Of a stretch of DNA of 64,000 nt, positions 57,873-64,000 are shown in pieces. The DNA is from an uncultured Verrucomicrobiae bacterium (GTDB taxonomy: Bacteria; Verrucomicrobiota; Verrucomicrobiia; Limisphaerales; Palsa-1400). How positions within the stretch are numbered: the first letter of the stretch is position 1; every line of letters begins with the position of its first letter. The position numbers were made by a program, and so were the translations under genes. The stretch covers positions 5,888,001 to 5,952,000 of the forward strand of contig OY969763.1 in the NCBI GenBank assembly GCA_963702845.1. Reading direction: 5' to 3'. A model generated the notes under the pieces. It ran no database searches and was not told where the DNA came from. It saw only the letters and a list, made by a program, of their open reading frames with translations.

Positions 57873-59370
57873 TTCGCCTGGAATTGCGAAAACGATTTTG
57901 CCGACGCCCCGTCGTGAGACGGAGAGGTCGGGCGCGTGGGGCCCGGAGTTCTCGTTAGATCCTCTGGACCCGAAGGATTTTCGCAATCACCTTGCGACTG
58001 CCGACGCAAAAGGCAAACGCAAATGGGTGTATGCGAAACAGCCGAAGGGTGCGCTGTATAAACTGCGCACGATCGTGAGCCTTGCGCTGCTTGCGATAAT
58101 GTTTGGTGGCCCGTTCGTCAAAATTAACGGCAATCCCTTGCTGTTGCTTAACATCGTTCAGGCGAAGTTCGTCATCCTTGGCCATATTTTTTGGCCGCAA
58201 GACGCGGCGATTTTTGCGGTGGCGCTGCTGCTCTTCATTACGAGCATTATTATTTTCACTGCTGCTTTTGGCCGGCTCTGGTGTGGATGGACTTGTCCGC
58301 AAACGTTGCTGATGGAAATGGTTTTCCGCCGGATTGAATATTGGATCGAAGGCGATAATCACGCCCAACGTGCTGCGGCAAAAAATCCGACGCCGAGAAC
58401 AATGGCGAGGAAGATTTTGAAGCATGCAGTCTTCGTGCTGCTTTCGTTCGTGATCGGCAATACACTGCTGAGTTACTTCATCGGGATTGGCCAACTGAAG
58501 GCCATCATCACTGACAACCCGTTGAACCATGTGTCAGGGCTGACTTTCATGCTGCTATTCACTGCGGTGTTCTATTTGATCTTCGCCTGTTTTCGCGAAC
58601 AAGCCTGCACTTATATTTGTCCATACGGCCGTTTCCAGTCCGCGCTTCTTGACGAGAATACGATGTTGGTCATCTACGACTATCGGCGCGGGGAGGGGCG
58701 CAAGCACTTGAAACACGGCGAAACGTTCGATGGCCGGCATGAGCACGGTCTTGGCGATTGTATTGACTGTCGCTCTTGCGTGACTGTTTGCCCGGCTGGC
58801 ATCGATATTCGGAACGGGACGCAAATGGAATGTGTCAACTGCACCGCATGCATCGACGCGTGTAATACAGTTTCTGACCGAATCGGACGCCCGCGCCAGC
58901 TTATTCGTTGGGCGTCCCAAAACACGGTCGAGCACGGGACGAAGTTTAAGTTCACACCACGTATGGCCGGCTACGCTGCCGTGGTGACAATCCTCGCAGG
59001 TGTTCTCGCTTTTCTCGTGTTCACGCGCACGGATGTTGAAGCGACGTTCCTTCGTGCACCTGGGGCGATGTTCCAACAATTGCCCGGTGGGAAAATTGAA
59101 AACCTCTATACCGTTCAACTCATAAATAAGACGTCTCGCGACATGGTCGCTGAAATTAAGCTACTCAGCGGCAATGGCGAACTGCAGGTCATGGGCACTA
59201 ATCCTATTCGTGTTCCGAAAGAGAAACTCGCTGAAACATCTGTCCTCATTCAATTGCCGGCGCGCGTCCTTGAGGACGGAAAGAAGAATTTAAAAGTTGG
59301 CATATTCGCCAATGGCAAACTTTTGCAAACCGTGAATACCAGCTTTGTCGGCCCGCGCGATGGTCACTAA
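57865..59370 (+). CDS. ccoG: cbb3 accessory protein CcoG/FixG
   Basis: GRLWCGWTCPQT, CTYICPYGRFQ, CIDCRSCVTVCP and ECVNCTACIDAC. Confidence 0.94.
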   Translation: MSDSPGIAKTILPTPRRETERSGAWGPEFSLDPLDPKDFRNHLATADAKGKRKWVYAKQPKGALYKLRTIVSLALLAIMFGGPFVKINGNPLLLLNIVQAKFVILGHIFWPQDAAIFAVALLLFITSIIIFTAAFGRLWCGWTCPQTLLMEMVFRRIEYWIEGDNHAQRAAAKNPTPRTMARKILKHAVFVLLSFVIGNTLLSYFIGIGQLKAIITDNPLNHVSGLTFMLLFTAVFYLIFACFREQACTYICPYGRFQSALLDENTMLVIYDYRRGEGRKHLKHGETFDGRHEHGLGDCIDCRSCVTVCPAGIDIRNGTQMECVNCTACIDACNTVSDRIGRPRQLIRWASQNTVEHGTKFKFTPRMAGYAAVVTILAGVLAFLVFTRTDVEATFLRAPGAMFQQLPGGKIENLYTVQLINKTSRDMVAEIKLLSGNGELQVMGTNPIRVPKEKLAETSVLIQLPARVLEDGKKNLKVGIFANGKLLQTVNTSFVGPRDGH

Positions 59371-59371
59371 A

Positions 59372-59842
59372 ATGAACACATCTAAATCACGCAGGAATCC
59401 GTGGCCAATCGCCATCGTCGCCTACTTCGCGGTGTTCATGACGTTTATCGTCTGCTTCATCGTGTTCGCCTCGCGTCAACGTGTCGACCTCGTCCGCGCG
59501 GATTACTACGAAGCTGAAATCAAATTTCAGCAGCAGATTGATCGCGTCGAACGCAGCCGTCCCACCGATGCGCAGGCTGCGCTCAACTACGACGCGCGAA
59601 CCGCTAAGATCGTTGTCCAACTCCCGCGCGATTCACGAACCGGAGCGTTCGGCAAAATTGAACTTTATCGCCCCTCCGACGCGCGCCAGGACAAAAACAT
59701 CAAGCTCGCCGCCGATCAAAACGGCACACAGCAAATCGATGTTCGCGGTCTCAAGTCCGGCTTGTGGAAAGTACGCGTGACCTGGACGTACGCGGGCCGG
59801 GAATACTTCGTCGAGAAACCGATCACGATCGCGAACTCATAA
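59372..59842 (+). CDS. ccoH: FixH/CcoH family protein
   Basis: WPIAIV TM segment, DLVRADYYEAEIKFQQQID, LYRPSD and GLWKVRVTW. Confidence 0.88.
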   Translation: MNTSKSRRNPWPIAIVAYFAVFMTFIVCFIVFASRQRVDLVRADYYEAEIKFQQQIDRVERSRPTDAQAALNYDARTAKIVVQLPRDSRTGAFGKIELYRPSDARQDKNIKLAADQNGTQQIDVRGLKSGLWKVRVTWTYAGREYFVEKPITIANS

Positions 59843-59843
59843 C

Positions 59844-60533
59844 GTGCAACTTTGGACGGCATTCATATTGGGACTCGCTGGCAGTCTTCACTGCGCCGCG
59901 ATGTGCGGTGCATTGGCGCTGCTGGTTCCGGTGGCTGGTCCGACTAAATCTGACCGGGTGTTGAGCCGCATCATATACAACGCCGGTCGCCTTCTGACAT
60001 ATACCGTTCTTGGTGCGTTGTTCGGATTGTTTGGTCGTGCGTTCGCGATCGCCGGTTTGCAACGGTGGTTATCGATCGGCGCAGGAATGTTGATCATTCT
60101 GGTTTTGGTATTGTCGATGCGGCCTATGGTTTCCGCGCCGTTGATGCGTTCGGTTGGATGGGTCCGCTCGAAATTCGGCATGCTCCTGCGAAAGCGGACA
60201 CTTGGTTCGATCGGTGGCCTGGGCGCGTTGAATGGATTGTTGCCGTGCGGGCTGGTTTATGTGGCGTGCGCCGGAAGCGCCAGCACGGGGGATGCGTTTA
60301 GTGGGATGGAATACATGTTCGTTTTCGGACTTGGCACAGTGCCAATGCTTCTTGCGATTGGCATTGGCGGGGCGTCGTTGAATCTAACTTCTCTTCGATT
60401 GAAACGTGTGGTTCCCATCGTGGCAGTTGTTGCGGGGGTGTTGTTAATTTTCCGTGGGTTAGCTTTGGGAATTCCTTACGTCAGCCCGGCTGCCGCCGGT
60501 CAGTGTCCCGCCTGCTGGCACGCACACCTCTGA
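59844..60533 (+). CDS. DsbD_2/TauE-like membrane protein of cbb3 assembly loci
   Basis: GSLHCAAMCG, YNAGRLLTY, NGLLPCGLVY and FGLGTVP. Confidence 0.88.
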   Translation: MQLWTAFILGLAGSLHCAAMCGALALLVPVAGPTKSDRVLSRIIYNAGRLLTYTVLGALFGLFGRAFAIAGLQRWLSIGAGMLIILVLVLSMRPMVSAPLMRSVGWVRSKFGMLLRKRTLGSIGGLGALNGLLPCGLVYVACAGSASTGDAFSGMEYMFVFGLGTVPMLLAIGIGGASLNLTSLRLKRVVPIVAVVAGVLLIFRGLALGIPYVSPAAAGQCPACWHAHL

Positions 60534-60623
60534 TGACATCAGCAAGTTGCTGCAGGAAATGAATGCGTCGATCGCGCCCGCGGATGAATTCGTGCGGGCG
60601 ATGCCGAAGTGAGACGGGTCGCG

Positions 60624-61745
60624 TTATCTGTTTCCGATTGGCACGAATGGGCGCGGTTCGTGGCCGACGTAATCGGCCGTCGGGCGGATCAACCGGTTAT
60701 GGGCGCGTTGTTCGAAGATGTGTGCCGACCAACCTGAAATGCGCGAAATCACAAACAGAGGCGTGAACATCGGAGTCGGGATGCCTAAGAAGCGATACGC
60801 GGATGCACTGTAAAAATCCAGATTCGGGAACATTCCTTTTTCGCGGCGCATGATCGCTTCGAGGCGTTCGGATACAGGATAGATGACTTTGTCGCCAGCG
60901 GCTTCAGAAAGCTTCTTCGACCACACTTTGATTACGTCGGAGCGCGGGTCGGCTTTTTTGTAAACGCGATGGCCAAAACCCATAACCAGCTTCTTATCTT
61001 TTAACATCTGCAACAACGCGCATTCGGCCTGGTCTGGTGTTTGGAATTGTTCGATCAATTCCATCGCGGCTTCGTTTGCGCCGCCGTGGAGCGGTCCTTG
61101 CAACGCGCCAATGCCGCCGGTCACGGCTGAATAAAAATCGGCCATGGTTGAAGCGATGGTGCGACAGGTAAAGGTGGAAGCGTTAAATTCGTGTTCGGCG
61201 TAGAGAATCAGCGAAGCGTCCATGACGCGCACGTGCAATTCGGGCGCGGGTTTGCCGTGGAGCATTTGGAGGAAATGCGCGGCAATATTGGGTGCGTCGC
61301 TAGCGGTCTCGATGCGTTTGCCGCTATTGGTGAAGTGATACCAATATAGCAGCATCGACGGGAAAAGCGCGAGGAGGCGATTAGCGATGGCGAGTTGGTC
61401 GTGAGTTTCTGTTTCGCGTTCCATCGTGCCAAGCGCCGAGCAGCCGGTTCGCAGGACGTCCATGGGGTGAGCGTCTTTTGGGAGCTGTTCAAGAACAGTT
61501 TTGAGCGGCGCGGGAAGGCTTCGCAATGACTTCAGCGTTTTGCGATAGTTGTCCAGTTGGGTTTGAGTGGGGAGTTCGCCGTAGATGAGCAGGTAAGCGA
61601 CTTCTTCGAACGTCGCCTGGGCGGCGAGGTCTTCGATGGTATAGCCGCGATAGGTCAGGCCAAAACCTTCTTTGCCGACAGTGGCGATTGTGGTTTCTCC
61701 TGCAACGATTCCGGCAAGGCCGCCTGTTTTCTTTGGGTCACTCAT
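60624..61745 (-). CDS. prpC: 2-methylcitrate synthase
   Basis: [36 protein letters not shown] and PNLDF; directly after prpB. Confidence 0.93.
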   Translation of the reverse strand: MSDPKKTGGLAGIVAGETTIATVGKEGFGLTYRGYTIEDLAAQATFEEVAYLLIYGELPTQTQLDNYRKTLKSLRSLPAPLKTVLEQLPKDAHPMDVLRTGCSALGTMERETETHDQLAIANRLLALFPSMLLYWYHFTNSGKRIETASDAPNIAAHFLQMLHGKPAPELHVRVMDASLILYAEHEFNASTFTCRTIASTMADFYSAVTGGIGALQGPLHGGANEAAMELIEQFQTPDQAECALLQMLKDKKLVMGFGHRVYKKADPRSDVIKVWSKKLSEAAGDKVIYPVSERLEAIMRREKGMFPNLDFYSASAYRFLGIPTPMFTPLFVISRISGWSAHIFEQRAHNRLIRPTADYVGHEPRPFVPIGNR

Positions 61746-62640
61746 GGTTTTTTCCTTTTGTAAATAAGTCGTCCAGCTTCGCTTCGTAAGCGTGGTAATT
61801 CAAAACTTCGTAGAGGTCCTTGCGCGTCTGCATTTTGTCGAGCACGGCTTTTTGAGTGCCGTCCTGGCGAATCGCGTGAAAGACTTCGAGAGCGGCGGCG
61901 CTTTGGGCTCGGAATGCGGACAACGGATAAAGCGCCATGCTGACGCCGGCGTCGGCGAGTTCTTTGGTGGTGAAGAGCGGTGTTTTGCCAAACTCGGTAA
62001 TGTTGGCCAAAACGGGAACGCAGATGGCGCTGCAAAATTGTTTGTATTCTTCGAGCGTGGTGAGGGCTTCTGCGAAGATCATGTCAGCGCCGGCTTCGTG
62101 GTAAGCGTAGGCGCGGTCAATGGCGGCTTTTACACCTTCGTTGGCGGCGGCGTCGGTGCGGGCCATGATCACGAAATTTTTGTCGGTCTTCGCGTCGGCA
62201 GCGGCTTTGACGCGGTCACACATTTCTTCGCGGCTGACGAGTTCTTTGCCTGGACGATGGCCGCAACGTTTGGCGGCGACCTGGTCTTCGATGTGCACGG
62301 CCGCAGCGCCGGCTTTGATCATTTCGCGAATAGTCCGTTGAATGCCGAAGGCGCTGCCCCAACCAGTATCGATGTCTACCAGCAACGGCAGTGAACACGC
62401 GGCTGTGAGGCGACGGACGTCTTCGAGCACGTCGTTGAGTGAAGTGACGCCGAGGTCCGGCAGGCCATAAGAGGCGTTGGCGACGCCCGCGCCGGATAGA
62501 TATATGGCGCGGAATCCAGAGCGTTCGGCCAGCATCGCGGTGTAGGCATTGACGGCGCCGACAATTTGCAACGGCTTTTCCTGCTGCAGGGCGGCCCGGA
62601 ATTTGGCCCCGGCGGAAGTGCTCGCGACTGGTTCAGACAT
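61738..62640 (-). CDS. prpB: 2-methylisocitrate lyase
   Basis: [31 protein letters not shown] and [11 protein letters not shown]. Confidence 0.96.
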   Translation of the reverse strand: MSEPVASTSAGAKFRAALQQEKPLQIVGAVNAYTAMLAERSGFRAIYLSGAGVANASYGLPDLGVTSLNDVLEDVRRLTAACSLPLLVDIDTGWGSAFGIQRTIREMIKAGAAAVHIEDQVAAKRCGHRPGKELVSREEMCDRVKAAADAKTDKNFVIMARTDAAANEGVKAAIDRAYAYHEAGADMIFAEALTTLEEYKQFCSAICVPVLANITEFGKTPLFTTKELADAGVSMALYPLSAFRAQSAAALEVFHAIRQDGTQKAVLDKMQTRKDLYEVLNYHAYEAKLDDLFTKGKNHE

Positions 62641-62711
62641 GGGCGATTATTTAACCACCAAGACGCCAAGACTCAAATCAGAAATCGCGGACAATGACGT
62701 CCACATTCCGA

Positions 62712-64000
62712 TCAGCGCGAGGCGATGCCGTGCTCTTTTTCGTAGGTCTGGAAATCGCCGGTAGGTTCTTCGTGAAGTTCGGCATGGCCGTCAGCAAACC
62801 CGTAGACTTTGGCCCATTTACCCTGAGGTGTGCGAACAGGTTGTGGTTCGCGCAAAACGATTGTTTCAGAGGGGTTTTTGAGATCGTTGAGAGAACCCTG
62901 ATAGACAATGTCGAACTGGTTTGTGCCGGAGAGCGGGTAGTTGCCGGAGTATGCATTAAGGTCGTCCACGTTTTGCGGAAGTTTCCCGCCATGTTCGTTT
63001 GCGTGCATGATGAGCATGGTCACGATATTGCGACTATCTCGCCCGCGAGATGCCCAATAGGGTTCCTGATTTTGATCTGAGTCGGCTGCCGCGGTTGGGG
63101 TGGGGGCCGTCGATTGTCGCGTGGGGCGGGTTGATGCTGTCCGTTTTGTGTCCGTTGAACGAACCACACCGCGCAGCTTGAGCAGCTCTCGCATTTGTTT
63201 CTCTTGCGCGGTTTGCGCGTCGGCGAGGTTATTGGAAAGGTTGGCGTTGTCATCGGCTAAAGCGGCCAGTTGTTTTTTTGCTTTGGCTAATTCCAATTCG
63301 GCGTTCGATTTGAGTCTGGCCTCGTGCATTACAAATAGAGGTGTGGTGATTGCAATGGTGACGATTGCTCCTGCAATCGCCGCGTGGGTTTTGGTGAATG
63401 CCATAATTTTAATTGCGGTTGTTGCTGCGCCGGTTGCGAGAGAAGTTGCGAGCGCAGCACTTGCGACTTTGATAGCCAGGCCAGCAGGCGCTGCGTTGAC
63501 GGCTTCGGCGGCTAACGCCGTTCCGAGTGCAACTGCGCTCATGCTGATGCCCTGGCGTTTGAGGGTGAGTTGAAGTTTTTGCAACGCGCGATTGACCCGC
63601 ATTCGGGCGGCGTCTTCATTGCTGCCGAGTGCGGCACCGATGGCGCGGAAATCGTGCTGTTCGAAGAAACGCAAGAGGATGGCGGTGCGGTCTTCGGCGT
63701 CGAGATTGTTGATCGCTTCGTCAAGAACCGGAGCGACGGTGCGGAGGTTGGCTTCTGAATGATCTCGGGTCAGCTTCATAAGCAGAGCCTCACGTTCGCG
63801 CGCCGCGCGGCGTCGGTCGGTGCGCAACATTTTGCTCGCGACAAAACAGGTATCGCGATGGAGCCAGCCGCCGAGAGCGCTATCACGCGAGAGCTTGCGA
63901 GCGTTTCGCGCTAAATCGACGAAGACGGTCTGAACAACATCCTCGGCGAGATGGGTGTCTCCGCCGACTATTCGCAAGGCCGCGGAGTAGACAAAATTGA
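62712..64000 (-). CDS. ECF sigma-70 factor with a transmembrane and extracytoplasmic C-terminal extension; 5' end beyond the window
   Basis: The frame continues upstream as ..NFVYSAALRIVGGD; AEDVVQTVFVDLAR and GWL (region 2); DRTAILLRFF...IGAALG..EDAARMRVNRAL.KL (region 4); Ala-rich linker and TM segment. Confidence 0.9.
   Translation of the reverse strand, partial: NFVYSAALRIVGGDTHLAEDVVQTVFVDLARNARKLSRDSALGGWLHRDTCFVASKMLRTDRRRAAREREALLMKLTRDHSEANLRTVAPVLDEAINNLDAEDRTAILLRFFEQHDFRAIGAALGSNEDAARMRVNRALQKLQLTLKRQGISMSAVALGTALAAEAVNAAPAGLAIKVASAALATSLATGAATTAIKIMAFTKTHAAIAGAIVTIAITTPLFVMHEARLKSNAELELAKAKKQLAALADDNANLSNNLADAQTAQEKQMRELLKLRGVVRSTDTKRTASTRPTRQSTAPTPTAAADSDQNQEPYWASRGRDSRNIVTMLIMHANEHGGKLPQNVDDLNAYSGNYPLSGTNQFDIVYQGSLNDLKNPSETIVLREPQPVRTPQGKWAKVYGFADGHAELHEEPTGDFQTYEKEHGIASR

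Noticed and set aside
60624..62640. prpBC without prpD/acnD as an unusual pathway
   Set aside because: The dehydratase gene is often encoded elsewhere; absence from a 64-kb window is uninformative.

Overview
GC-rich chromosomal window, most consistent with a Verrucomicrobiota (Pedosphaera-like) bacterium. This is an inference from the DUF1549/DUF1553-DUF1501 pair, the DUF1080 genes, an ECF sigma factor with a long C-terminal extension, and a fused CcoNO. Gene order: a partly frameshifted cus-like RND metal-efflux operon with two small Cys-rich genes upstream; recO, DUF502, ybeY, phoH; pgk-tpiA-secG; a split opp ABC transporter; secreted GSDH and GH44 proteins; a site-2 protease; larB/larC; the hemE-hemN-hemY-hemH-mbfA cluster; tandem EXORDIUM/Phi-1-like genes; a complete cbb3 oxidase locus; prpBC; and a partial ECF sigma factor. 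I recognised no rRNA, tRNA, CRISPR array or transposase. Best novelty candidates: (1) an HTH regulator fused to an apparently catalytically dead GalU-like domain, facing a small Cys-rich gene across a repeated GTTTAC-N12-GTGAAC operator; (2) an unannotated ribosome-dependent attenuator (consensus promoter, Trp-His-Trp leader peptide, antiterminator and terminator) controlling a hypothetical gene; (3) tandem plant-type EXORDIUM homologues with duplicated promoters; (4) a possible metal-sensing leader peptide for the efflux operon; (5) palindromic repeats inserted in frame into proteins. All calls come from reading motifs by eye; no database search was run. Clustered indels may be sequencing errors.
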